From NCBI GenBank assembly GCA_021813765.1, contig JAKAJM010000002.1, forward strand, positions 28,853 through 92,852: a stretch of DNA of 64,000 nt, given 5' to 3'. Both the position numbers and the translations under genes were made by a program. Below are positions 28,387 through 38,820 of the stretch, piece by piece. The notes beneath the pieces were generated by a model that worked only from the letters and a program-made list of their open reading frames with translations, did not search any database and was not told the origin of the DNA. The stretch is from Nitrospirota bacterium (GTDB lineage Bacteria > Nitrospirota > Thermodesulfovibrionia > Thermodesulfovibrionales > JdFR-88). Within the stretch, counting starts at the first letter, position 1, and the number at the start of each line of letters is the position of its first letter.

Positions 28387-29075
28387 TTCTGCCTCCCTCC
28401 AAATATTGCGGTCCCTATCCGGACCATTGTGGCGCCTTCTTCTATGGCCACCTCAAAATCGTGAGACATCCCCATCGAAAGATGGGGCAGGGTGAAGCCT
28501 TCCTCCTCCGCCTTCTCCTTGAGCGCCCTCAGCCTTGCAAAATAGGGCCTGGCATCTTCCGGGTCGCTTGAGTAGGGGGGGACGGTCATGAGCCCCTCTA
28601 TCCTGATGTGCGGGGCCTCCCGGCAGGCGCGCAGGAGACCGGGAAAAAACTCCTCTGAAACGCCGTGCTTCGCGGGCTCCCCGGAGAGCTTCACCTCTAT
28701 CAGCGCCCGCTGTATCCTGCCGGCCCTTGCCGCGAGTTTTTCCAGCATGTAAAGCAGCCTTTCTGAGTCCACTGAATGAATAAGCTCGAAGCCCATTTCC
28801 ACGGCCGCTCCGGCCTTGTTTGTCTGAAGGTGTCCGATGAAGTGCCAGCGCACAGGCAGTCCGGCAAGCGAGTCCATCTTCGTCTTCGCCTCCTGGATGC
28901 GGTTTTCGCCGAAATCGGCAACCCCGCAATCAAACGCCTCTTTCAGCCTCTCCGCGGGCACGGTCTTTGAGACCGCGATGAGCTTTATCTGCCCCGGGTC
29001 CCTGCCCGCCCGAAGCGACGCCCTCTTTATTCTGAAAAGGGCGCATTCAATGTTTTCGGCCAGATTTTCAGGCAT
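28383..29075 (-). CDS. yggS: YggS-family pyridoxal-phosphate homeostasis protein
   Basis: ...LIAVSKT...FGENRIQE...WHFIGHLQTNK...LSMGMSHDFEVAIEEGATMVRIGTAIFG. Confidence 0.9.
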   Translation of the reverse strand: MPENLAENIECALFRIKRASLRAGRDPGQIKLIAVSKTVPAERLKEAFDCGVADFGENRIQEAKTKMDSLAGLPVRWHFIGHLQTNKAGAAVEMGFELIHSVDSERLLYMLEKLAARAGRIQRALIEVKLSGEPAKHGVSEEFFPGLLRACREAPHIRIEGLMTVPPYSSDPEDARPYFARLRALKEKAEEEGFTLPHLSMGMSHDFEVAIEEGATMVRIGTAIFGGRQK

Positions 29076-29175
29076 TTTTTATAGTATTACAAGGGTGGTC
29101 AAAAAGACAAAAAAAACACAACAACGGGTCCAATGGTAAAAATAAAGAAAAGGGAAAAGAGATAAAATAGTTCTT

Positions 29176-29733
29176 ATGAAAATCCTGCTTCACATATGCT
29201 GCGCGAACTGCGCCCTTTATCCTGTCCGGAAGCTGCAGGGCAAAGGGGTCCGGGTAAATGGCCTGTGGTACAACCCGAATATCCATCCCGCGCAGGAATA
29301 TTTAAAGAGGCTGGAGGCGGTGCGCCAGCTCCAGGGGCTCTGGGGGCTGGACATCACATACAATGACCGCTACGGTCTGACGGAGTTTCTTGCGGAGACC
29401 GGACAGGACACCCGGGATGGCCTGCGGTGCGCCCACTGTTACAGGATGAGGTTAAGAGAGGCCGCCTCCGCCGCCAGGGAAATGAAGGCGGACGCCTTTG
29501 CCACGACCCTGATGTACAGCCCCTACCAGAAGTTTGATATAATAACCGCCGAGGCTGCGGAGGCGGAGAGGCTTTTCCATGTCCCTTTTTACCTGGAGGA
29601 CTGGAGGGGTGGCTTCAGGGAAGGGGAAAGCCTTTCCAGGGAGCTCGGTTTCTACCGGCAGAAATACTGCGGCTGCATTTTTTCCGAGATGGAGCGCTTC
29701 ATCAAGGCAAAGGAGCGTGGCTCAAAAAAATGA
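29176..29733 (+). CDS. queH: epoxyqueuosine reductase QueH (DUF208)
   Basis: MKILLHICCANCALYP...CAHCYRMRL...YCGCIFSE. Confidence 0.8.
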   Translation: MKILLHICCANCALYPVRKLQGKGVRVNGLWYNPNIHPAQEYLKRLEAVRQLQGLWGLDITYNDRYGLTEFLAETGQDTRDGLRCAHCYRMRLREAASAAREMKADAFATTLMYSPYQKFDIITAEAAEAERLFHVPFYLEDWRGGFREGESLSRELGFYRQKYCGCIFSEMERFIKAKERGSKK

Positions 29734-29966
29734 GCGGCCATGAGCAGTCCATAGGCAGGCTGCTTGTAGTGCTGGGCCTGCTCGTGGCGGCAGCCGGGGT
29801 TTTTTTTATGTTTGCGGGGAAACTGCCCTTTCTAAGGCACCTTGGAAGGCTGCCGGGCGATATCCTCGTTAAGAAAAAGGACTTCACCTTTTATTTCCCC
29901 CTTGCCACAAGCCTCATAATAAGCATCATTCTTACTCTTATATTGCTGCTTTTCAGAAGGAGGTAA
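29730..29966 (+). CDS. DUF2905-family small membrane protein
   Basis: ...GKLPFLRHLGRLPGDILVKKKDFTFYFPLATSLIISIILTLIL...; the start overlaps the queH stop codon (ATGA). Confidence 0.75.
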   Translation: MSGHEQSIGRLLVVLGLLVAAAGVFFMFAGKLPFLRHLGRLPGDILVKKKDFTFYFPLATSLIISIILTLILLLFRRR

Positions 29967-29972
29967 AGTTTT

Positions 29973-31019
29973 TTGGCTTCGGAAACAAGGAGGGTGTCCG
30001 CCCGTATCTTTGCTTTTTTTGCTTTCTGTTTCTTCCTTCTCACTGCAGGTTTTTTTGTTTTTTCCCTTTTGTGCGGCAAGGCCTGGGCCAGGGATATAAG
30101 GGTGCTGATCCTGGATGGAGAATTCCACAGCGTGCCGGCCGATGGCGAGAAGCTTGCGCTTCTGGACAAGACGGCGGGGAAGCTCCTGGTGGGGGAAAGG
30201 CCCTACAGCGGGAAGATCGAAATTTGGGAAGGCAGCGGCGGACTTTACCTCATTGACAAGGTGAACCTGGAAAATTACGTAAAGAGCGTGGTTGAAGCCG
30301 AGGACGGCAGGGACTGGGCCATGGAGGCGCTCAAGGCCCAGGCCGTCATTTCAAGGACATACGCCATAAACAGGCAGATGCATGCAGGACAGATGAACTA
30401 CGACCTCACATCTTCCGTGCTGGATCAGGTTTATGACGGGGACGACGGATACGACAAGCAGGTCAGCGAGGCGGTTGACGCGACAAAGGGACAGATACTG
30501 GTCTACGACGGCAAGCCCATAGAGGCCTTTTTCCATTCGACCTCCTGCGGCGAGACGGAAGACCCTTACGAGGTCTTTGGCAAGCACATCCCTTATTTGA
30601 AGCCTGTAAAGGTGAAGTGCGACCTTTCGCCCTATAACGCCTGGACAAGGAGGTTTCCGGCTGCCCAAGTGCAGAAGGCGCTGAAAGCCGCGGGCGTGGA
30701 CACTGGCATCATAAACGGCATGGAAATAAAATCCAGGACCTGCACGGGCAGGGTCAAGGACATCTCCATATCGGGCAGCAGGGGCGTTTTTAATGTGAAG
30801 GCAGTGGACATGAGGAAGTTCATCGGGTGGAAGGCGCTGCCATCCACCGATTTCACCATGGATTTTAAAAACGGCTATTGGACGGTAAAGGGAAGCGGCT
30901 ACGGGCACGGCGTGGGCCTTTGCCAGTGGTCCGCCCTCGAGATGGCGGAAGACGGAATGAAGTACACGGCCATACTTTCCTATTTTTATCCCGGAACAAA
31001 GCTTGTCGTATGGAAGTAG
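29973..31019 (+). CDS. SpoIID/LytB-domain protein
   Basis: ...MEALKAQAVISRTYA...DQVY...FHSTSCGETE...GYGHGVGLCQWSA... Confidence 0.85.
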   Translation: MASETRRVSARIFAFFAFCFFLLTAGFFVFSLLCGKAWARDIRVLILDGEFHSVPADGEKLALLDKTAGKLLVGERPYSGKIEIWEGSGGLYLIDKVNLENYVKSVVEAEDGRDWAMEALKAQAVISRTYAINRQMHAGQMNYDLTSSVLDQVYDGDDGYDKQVSEAVDATKGQILVYDGKPIEAFFHSTSCGETEDPYEVFGKHIPYLKPVKVKCDLSPYNAWTRRFPAAQVQKALKAAGVDTGIINGMEIKSRTCTGRVKDISISGSRGVFNVKAVDMRKFIGWKALPSTDFTMDFKNGYWTVKGSGYGHGVGLCQWSALEMAEDGMKYTAILSYFYPGTKLVVWK

Positions 31020-32110
31020 AGGAGTTCGGTTTCGACCTTCCCCAGGAGCAGATAGCTTTAAGGCCGGCCAGCCGCAGGGACGGTTCCAGGCTGTTCGTGC
31101 TCCTGGAGGGGAAAACGGAGCACAGGCATTTTTACGACCTCCCGGAATACCTTGGAAAAGGAGACCTCCTGCTGATAAACGATAGCCGGGTGCTGCCGGT
31201 GCGGCTTCTGGGCAGGAAGGAGACCGGCGGCCTCCTTGAAGTGGTCCTGGTACGGAAAATCGCAGGAGGGGATGCGGCGGAGGAAAACGGCGGCGGAGAG
31301 ACGTGGGAGGCCCTCTACAGGGGCAGGTATTCGGGCGTTTTGAAGGTCTCGGGAGAGCTTTCCCTGGAGTTTTCGGGCAGGGACAGGGAGGTAAAGGTCA
31401 TCTGCAAAGGCGGCCTTCTGCAGGCGCTTGAAAGGTGCGGGCAGATGCCTCTGCCCCCATATATAAAACGGAGGCCCGATGAGGCCGATAAGGAGCGATA
31501 CCAGACCGTTTACGCCGAAAAGGAGGACCTCTGCCGGCAGGGCCACGGCTCCATCGCCGCCCCGACCGCCGGGCTCCATTTTACAGGCGCGCTGCTTGAG
31601 GCCATAAGCGGAAAGGGCGTGCGCGTAAGGAAGCTCAAGCTGCACGTGGGCAGGGGCACGTTCATGCCGGTGAAAAGCAGCAGGGTCGAGGACCACAGGA
31701 TGGAGAGTGAGCATTTCGAGTTCGACCGGGGCCTTGCTGAGGAGATAAAGGATATAAGGGCTGGCGGCGGAAAGGTATACGCTGTCGGCACCACCACTAC
31801 AAGGGCAATAGAGAGTTACTTCTCCGGGGCATATCTGCCCGATGGGGAAGACGTTTTTTCCGCTGGCGGCAAAACTGAAAAGGTGCGGGGCAGCACGGAC
31901 ATTTTCATATATCCCGGCTACAGGTTCAGGGCCGTTGACCGGCTTGTCACGAACTTCCATCTGCCGCGCTCCACCCCTCTTATGCTGGCTGCCGCGATGG
32001 CTGGCCGGGGGCGCCTGCTTGAGGCCTATAACGCGGCCATTTCAAGCGGTTATAGATTTTTTTCCTACGGGGATGCTATGCTTTTAGAAGGGGCAAAGGA
32101 ACGCTTTTGA
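31010..32110 (+). CDS. queA: S-adenosylmethionine:tRNA ribosyltransferase-isomerase
   Basis: MEVEEFGFDLPQEQIALRPASRRDGSRLFVL...MPLPPYIKR...SIAAPTAGLHFT...VGTTTTRA. The start is the internal ATG of the longer track ORF and overlaps the spoIID-like stop codon. Confidence 0.9.
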   Translation: MEVEEFGFDLPQEQIALRPASRRDGSRLFVLLEGKTEHRHFYDLPEYLGKGDLLLINDSRVLPVRLLGRKETGGLLEVVLVRKIAGGDAAEENGGGETWEALYRGRYSGVLKVSGELSLEFSGRDREVKVICKGGLLQALERCGQMPLPPYIKRRPDEADKERYQTVYAEKEDLCRQGHGSIAAPTAGLHFTGALLEAISGKGVRVRKLKLHVGRGTFMPVKSSRVEDHRMESEHFEFDRGLAEEIKDIRAGGGKVYAVGTTTTRAIESYFSGAYLPDGEDVFSAGGKTEKVRGSTDIFIYPGYRFRAVDRLVTNFHLPRSTPLMLAAAMAGRGRLLEAYNAAISSGYRFFSYGDAMLLEGAKERF

Positions 32111-32123
32111 GCTTCCCGGTTTT

Positions 32124-33149
<1,026 letters not shown>

Positions 33150-34579
33150 CGGCCTGCCCGCGGCATCCGCGGAAAAAGACAGGGACAAAAGACAGAAGCG
33201 CGCCGTATATGGCTATATGGCGCTTTTCAGCCTGGCGTCCTCCTTTACGATAATTAGCAGCTTCAGGCCCGAGAGCCTGGCCGGGGCCTTTCTCCTTACG
33301 ATGCTGCTGCTGACCGTCTTCTACCGGGACATCGCCAGATATAAGCCAAGGTTCTTTTCAGGCGCAAAGAACCTTATCCTTCTTGGCGTGCTCATAACCG
33401 GCACCCTCGCGCTTGCGAGGCTTGCCCATTTCATGCTGCTTGGCATGTCCAAGGGTTTCAGGCTTCCCCACGAAAGCATTATCTACGCCGTGCCTTTTGC
33501 CGCAGGGGCCATGCTGGCCATGCTGCTTTTCGACTCCCACACCTCCATCATGTTTTCCTTTGTCATCAGCCTGCTTGCGGGCCTCTGGCTGCACGACGCC
33601 AACTACACGGTCTATACCTTCATGGGCAGCCTTACGGCGGCCTTCAGCGTGATACGCTGCAAGAAAAGGACGGAGATACTCAAGGGCGGGGCCTATCTTC
33701 TGGCGGTGAACGTTATCACAGCCTCTTTCATAATGCTCTGGAGCGGCAGGTTCTTTACGGAGGGTGCGGGGTTTGCCGTCCTCTTTGCCGCAGTCGGAGC
33801 GGTGGCGGCGACGGCGGCGGTGTCCGTGGCTCTGCCCATCCTGGAGCACCTGTTCGGCGTAACCACGGACATAAGCCTGCTTGAGCTTTTGAACCTGGAC
33901 CACCCCCTCATGAAGACCATGATGATAGCCGCCCCGGGCACCTATCACCACAGCATAATCGTGGGCAACCTGGTGGAGTCCGCGGCGGAGGAGGTGGGGG
34001 TAAACCCGCTTCTGGCCAGGGTGAGCGCCTATTATCACGACATAGGCAAGATAAAGATGCCAGAGTATTTCGTCGAAAACCAGGCAGGAGGCGCAAGCAA
34101 GCACGAGCGGCTCACCCCCCACATGAGCAGCATGATACTGATATCCCATGTGAAGGAAGGAACGGAGCTGGCAAGGCAGTACAAGCTGCCCGGGACGGTG
34201 GTGGACATAATCCAGCAGCACCACGGCAACAGCGTTATCAGCTATTTTTACCAGAAGGCGAGGGAAAAGACCGAGGACCTGGACGAGGACCAGTACAAGT
34301 ATCCGGGCCCGCGGCCGCAGACGAAAGTGGCCGCCCTGGTGATGATGGCGGACGCGGTGGAGGCGGCCTCCAGGGTGCTCGGAGACCCGACCCCGGCGCG
34401 GATTTCAAACCTGGTTGGAAAGATAATAAACCATATATTCCTGGAGGGCCAGCTCGACAACTGCGAGCTTACGCTCAAGGACATACAGAAGATCAAGCAG
34501 CGCTTCATCTATATCCTGAACGGGATTCTCCACAAGAGAATAGACTATCCCGGGTTCGATTTCGACAGGGAGGCGGGAG

Positions 34580-35044
34580 TTGCCGGTACAATTGGCCAAC
34601 TACCAAAGGCGGATGCGGGTAAGCAGCAGGCGGATAAGGAAAGAGTCTCTAGAGCTGCTTCGATGGTCTGGTCTCCAAAAAGCTGAGCTGGGGATAATCA
34701 TTTCCGGCACGGGGCGCATGAAGACCCTGAACCGGTCCTTCAGGGGCAAGGACAAGCCAACCGATGTCCTGTCATTCCCATTCCACGAGGCAGAAGAGCT
34801 GAAGCGGCTTTCCGGCCCGGAGCCGGGTGCCCCTTTCATTCTGGGGGAGATAGTGATATGCCCGGAGGTGGCCGCGGACAACGCTGCGCTCTACGGGGCC
34901 ACGCTTCAGGAGGAGATGAGCCGCCTCCTGGTGCATGGATTCCTGCACCTGCTTGGCTACGACCACGAAAAGAGCGAAAGCGAGGCCCGCAGAATGAGGA
35001 GAAAGGAAAGGCAGCTTTTAAATGCCCTTGAACGCATGGATTAA
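34580..35044 (+). CDS. ybeY: rRNA maturation endoribonuclease YbeY
   Basis: ...TDVLSFP...HGFLHLLGYDHE...; the start is TTG according to the track. Confidence 0.9.
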   Translation: MPVQLANYQRRMRVSSRRIRKESLELLRWSGLQKAELGIIISGTGRMKTLNRSFRGKDKPTDVLSFPFHEAEELKRLSGPEPGAPFILGEIVICPEVAADNAALYGATLQEEMSRLLVHGFLHLLGYDHEKSESEARRMRRKERQLLNALERMD

Positions 35045-35720
35045 GAGCGCAGGCTATGCCATAGAAGGGGTCCTGCATGCCGCAAAGACCCAGAGGCACC
35101 TGCGCTATCATTTTTATGCCGCTTTCCTGGTCCTTTTCTTGAGCTTCGTTCTGGGCGTGAGCAGGATGGAGTTCCTCGTCATAGCCGTTTCGGTAATACT
35201 GGTGCTTGCCGCCGAGATGTTCAACACGGCGGTGGAGGCCACGGTGGACATAGTCTGCCCGCAGCCAAGCGAAAAGGCGCGCATAGCCAAGGACGTTGCC
35301 GCCGGGGCGGTGTTCATCACCTCCTGCGGGGTGGCCGTCGTGGGCATGATAATCCTTTACCCGTACATCGGGAAGCTTTTCGAGCGGGGCTTCCAGGTCG
35401 CAAAACATGCCGGGCAGGACATCGCCCTCATGTCGCTTGTGTTCGTGCTCATCTCTGTGGTGCTGCTAAAGGCCAAGTTCGGCAAAGGGCACCCGCTTGC
35501 AGGCGGAATGCCAAGCGGCCATGCCGCCCTGGCCTTTTCCGTCTGGGTGTCGATAACCTATCTGACAGGGAATTTTCTCGTTTCCGCGATGGCCTTCGCA
35601 ATGGCCTTCGCCGTGGCCAGGAGCCGTGTTAAAAAGAAGATACACGATCCCTTCGAGGTCCTTGCCGGCGGGGCGCTGGGCTCTGCCCTGACCTTCATAT
35701 TTTTCCGGCTTTTTTCGTGA
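35022..35720 (+). CDS. fusion protein: diacylglycerol/undecaprenol kinase (DgkA) + PAP2 phosphatase domain
   Basis: The N-terminal ~120 aa are DgkA-like (...AAEMFNTAVEATVD...AKDVAAGAV...). The C-terminal part carries PAP2 motifs (PSGHAALAF and SRVKKKIHDPFEVLAG, i.e. SRx5Hx3D). Confidence 0.8.
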   Translation: MPLNAWIKSAGYAIEGVLHAAKTQRHLRYHFYAAFLVLFLSFVLGVSRMEFLVIAVSVILVLAAEMFNTAVEATVDIVCPQPSEKARIAKDVAAGAVFITSCGVAVVGMIILYPYIGKLFERGFQVAKHAGQDIALMSLVFVLISVVLLKAKFGKGHPLAGGMPSGHAALAFSVWVSITYLTGNFLVSAMAFAMAFAVARSRVKKKIHDPFEVLAGGALGSALTFIFFRLFS

Positions 35721-35760
35721 TGGAAAAAAGAAATCCCGGGTTTTTTAAGCGGAGGCCCTC

Positions 35761-36708
35761 CTGGAAGAAAAAAGCGGCGCGCTCATAGAGAAATTCCTCA
35801 AATACATGGAGCTCGAAAAGGGCGCCTCCGCCCATACCCTGAGGGCGTACCGGACGGACCTGTCGCTTTTTTTTAGTGAATGGAACATAAGGCCGGAGGC
35901 CGTGGAGCTCTCAGACGTCAGGGCATTTACCGCCATGCTTGTGAACAAGGGCCTTAAAAAAAGCTCCGTTGGCAGGACGCTTTCCACGCTCAGGTCCTTT
36001 TTCAAATTTTTAAACAGGGAGGGCCACACGGACTTGAACCCCGCAAGGCTCATGCGGTCGCCGAAACCCGAAAAAAAACTTCCCGGGTTCCTTACCGTGG
36101 ACGAGGCCTTCGCCCTCATCGAGACCCAGGAGACCTCCGGTTTTAGGGCGCTCAGGGACAGGGCCATACTGGAGCTGCTTTATTCAAGCGGCCTGCGCGT
36201 GGCCGAGCTTTCGGCCCTGGACATGGACGACCTGTCGCTGAGGGAAGGCATGTGCAAGGTCAGGGGGAAAGGGAAAAAAGAAAGGCTCGTGCCAGTCGGG
36301 AGCAAGGCGGTCTCCGCGCTCCGGGCTTACATACTTGAGCGCTCTCTCCTTAAAAGGTCCCTCAGGGGCAGGGCAGACAGAAAAGGGAAAAATACGCCTG
36401 CGGGCGCTGCTGCGGCCCAGGACGGTGCCCTTTTCATAAACAGGTCCGGCACGAGGCTGACGGAACGATCCATAAGACGGGTAGTGGTGCAGTGCGCCAG
36501 AAAGGCCCTCGCGGGCCGTAAGGCCACCCCTCACACGCTAAGGCACACGTTTGCCTCCCACCTTCTTCAGGCCGGGGCCGACCTGAGGGTGATCCAGGAA
36601 CTCCTGGGCCATTCCAGCCTTTCCACCACACAGAAGTACACGCATCTGGACATCGCGCACCTGATGGACGTTTACGACAAGGCCCACCCGCTTGCCGGTG
36701 AGGAGTAA
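35761..36708 (+). CDS. tyrosine recombinase XerC/XerD family
   Basis: ...LIEKFLKYMELEKGASAHTLRAYRTDL...ELLYSSGLRVAEL...HTLRHTFASHLL...LGHSSLSTTQKYTH. The first ATG is at 35806, but family-typical residues extend upstream. A CTG at 35761 lies 5 nt after GGAGG. Confidence 0.85.
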   Translation: MEEKSGALIEKFLKYMELEKGASAHTLRAYRTDLSLFFSEWNIRPEAVELSDVRAFTAMLVNKGLKKSSVGRTLSTLRSFFKFLNREGHTDLNPARLMRSPKPEKKLPGFLTVDEAFALIETQETSGFRALRDRAILELLYSSGLRVAELSALDMDDLSLREGMCKVRGKGKKERLVPVGSKAVSALRAYILERSLLKRSLRGRADRKGKNTPAGAAAAQDGALFINRSGTRLTERSIRRVVVQCARKALAGRKATPHTLRHTFASHLLQAGADLRVIQELLGHSSLSTTQKYTHLDIAHLMDVYDKAHPLAGEE

Positions 36709-36872
36709 GCGGGAAAAAAAGCCGCGGCCCTTTAAAAAAGGGCTCTTACGGTTTTTTTGTGCTGGGGCGGAAGCGCAGCGAATGCCGCCCGCCCCACACC
36801 GAATCTGAAGAGCCTGAAAAAAGACGGATAGGGCTGAAGGGCTGAACCAGGCCGGAGCAGAACAGGGCCAGC

Positions 36873-37205
36873 TTAGAAATCGGGGAACATCTTAAGATGG
36901 AGGACTTTGCCATCCCCGGTCTTTGCCGCAGCCGAGAGTATGCCGCCCTCTATGTACTCCAGATCGAACCCGCTGAACCCAGCCGCCACAAAACCCTTGG
37001 CGTTTGCAGGGCATCCGTGCTCGCACCCGGCTATGCCCTTTATCATCTTGGGAATGATATTGCGCACATCGAGCGGCGCGATGCTTACGCCGTTGCTTGA
37101 GGCGAAATTCCCGATCCTTTCAACAAAGGAATCCAGGTCGATGTGAAAAGGGTCGTCGATCTGCAAGGACAGCGACTCCTTTCCGATGGTTACATCCAGA
37201 AGCAA
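36873..37205 (-). CDS. hypothetical small Cys-containing protein
   Basis: 110-aa ORF containing ...GIAGCEHGCPANAKGF.... It lies 118 nt downstream of the DUF362 gene on the same strand, and I recognise no family. Confidence 0.45.
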   Translation of the reverse strand: MLLDVTIGKESLSLQIDDPFHIDLDSFVERIGNFASSNGVSIAPLDVRNIIPKMIKGIAGCEHGCPANAKGFVAAGFSGFDLEYIEGGILSAAAKTGDGKVLHLKMFPDF

Positions 37206-37323
37206 TGCAGTTTACCCCCTTTGTATAAGGCTGAATAGAACCAAAAAAAATGAACCCAAAAGAGCTTTTATTATAAACGAGGAGCCGGGAAAATTCAGCC
37301 CCGCACGGGTGGGACGGGGCAGA

Positions 37324-38451
37324 TCATCTGCCCGTTAATTTCCTCAGCAGCCTGCCAGGCAGCGTATCGGCCGCCTTCAGCGCCCCGTGAGGGCACACCT
37401 CTACGCAGCAGTAGCACCTGATGCATTTGTCGTAGTCGAATTCGAGTTTTTGTTTTTCTTTTGCCCCGCTTTTATCTTTGCGTCTTATCGCCTTGGCCGG
37501 GCAATATTTCCAGCATTCCCCGCACATGGCGCAGGCGGCGGCATCGCTTTCCGGCCGCTGCACGAAATGTCTTCTCAGCGTGCCGTGCATCCATTTGGGT
37601 CCGAACACGACGGAGCCCGCAAGAGGAAACTTGAAGCCGCTGACGGCAGGGGCCTCCCCGTCCACGGAGATCTCCTCTGCCGCAAGCCCGGCCTCTCTTG
37701 CCGCACGGCAAGTAGGCAGCTCCCCAGGTTCCATGCCAAGCATCCGGCACACCGCTTCATCGAGGGCAACTGCATCCCTGCTGCCCATGAGCACGCCAAG
37801 CTCGCGCGGGGTGCCGCTTCTTCCGGGCCCTTGCCCTTCCATCGCAAGGACCCCGTCAAGCACGGTAAAGGAAGGTTTCACCGCCCTGTATATCTCCACC
37901 AGAAGCCGCGCAAACATGTCTTTGTCAACCCCGGTCCTGAAATGCCACTCCGGCTTGCTCAGCCCGACCACGCAGCCAAACAGGTTTTTCACGCCCAGGG
38001 TAAGCACCATCTGGGCATGGGTTTTCAGCTTCGGAAGGTTTATAAGCGTGTCCGCGTTAAGCGCGTCCCTGGCGATGGAAAGGGTGCTGAAAGGATGGCC
38101 TGCCGCCACCTGCGCCGAGTCCCTGAACTCCCTGTATTCGACCGGCAGTCCGTCAAGCGCCTCCCTGATGCCGCTTTCCATCAGTATCTTCTCGAAGGAC
38201 CCCATTGCCGGACTGTCAGAAATTACCGGGAAGGCGCCGCGCTCCAGCACATACTCCGCGGCGGCCCTGACCACCAGCGGATGGGTCACGATGGCCTTTT
38301 CGGGCGGCGCGGGGGCCAGGAGGTTGGGCTTTATAACCACCCGGCTGCCGCGGACGATGCTCTCTCCGCCAAGGGAGTCCATTATCCCAAAGAACGCGGG
38401 CCGCAAAGTCCCGTAATCGTATTTTGTCTTTCTTATGATGACCTGGCGCAT
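37324..38451 (-). CDS. DUF362-domain protein with C-terminal 2x[4Fe-4S] ferredoxin domain
   Basis: ...RVVIKPNLL...THPLVV... (DUF362-like) plus CAMCGECWKYCP and CIRCYCCVEVCP. Confidence 0.75.
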   Translation of the reverse strand: MRQVIIRKTKYDYGTLRPAFFGIMDSLGGESIVRGSRVVIKPNLLAPAPPEKAIVTHPLVVRAAAEYVLERGAFPVISDSPAMGSFEKILMESGIREALDGLPVEYREFRDSAQVAAGHPFSTLSIARDALNADTLINLPKLKTHAQMVLTLGVKNLFGCVVGLSKPEWHFRTGVDKDMFARLLVEIYRAVKPSFTVLDGVLAMEGQGPGRSGTPRELGVLMGSRDAVALDEAVCRMLGMEPGELPTCRAAREAGLAAEEISVDGEAPAVSGFKFPLAGSVVFGPKWMHGTLRRHFVQRPESDAAACAMCGECWKYCPAKAIRRKDKSGAKEKQKLEFDYDKCIRCYCCVEVCPHGALKAADTLPGRLLRKLTGR

Positions 38452-38468
38452 CTCAAATAATTAAACTT

Positions 38469-38820
38469 GTGTAGTGAATCCAACGCTTCTTTACATGTGA
38501 TCCGGTAGTGTTTTTGAGTCAATGCCGCGGGAATACAACCGACGGCATGCTGTTTGCCGTCATACCGGCCTGTCTTTAGCCGCTCCCTGGACAGCGGCTT
38601 AGCCGTAAAGTCATAACGTCACCGGATTCCGGATTACAATGACAGCCAGGACTTTATGTAAAGGAATTTATGACTCATACTAGTGTCCTGTTTCATTAAT
38701 AATTGACATAAGTCTGTCATTCCGGCTTGTCCGGAATCGTCCTTAAAAGATTGATTCCCGACGCGCTCCGCTTGCGGGAATGACAATAAATTAATGCTAA
38801 AAACTTTTGAAACGCCACAC
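38469..38820. repeat. cluster of MITE/REP-like repeats (locus B)
   Basis: Unit 38469-38685 is bounded by the arms GTGTAGTGAATCCAACGCTTCTTTACAT and ATGTAAAGGAATTTATGACTCATACTAGTG. Unit ~38710-38820 contains the palindromes GTCATTCCGGCTTGTCCGGAATC (38716-38738) and GATTCCCG...CGGGAATGAC (38753-38784). It ends TTAATGCTAAAAACTTTTGAAACGCCACAC, the reverse complement of the 17065-17098 end, and abuts the cdsA stop codon. Confidence 0.75.
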
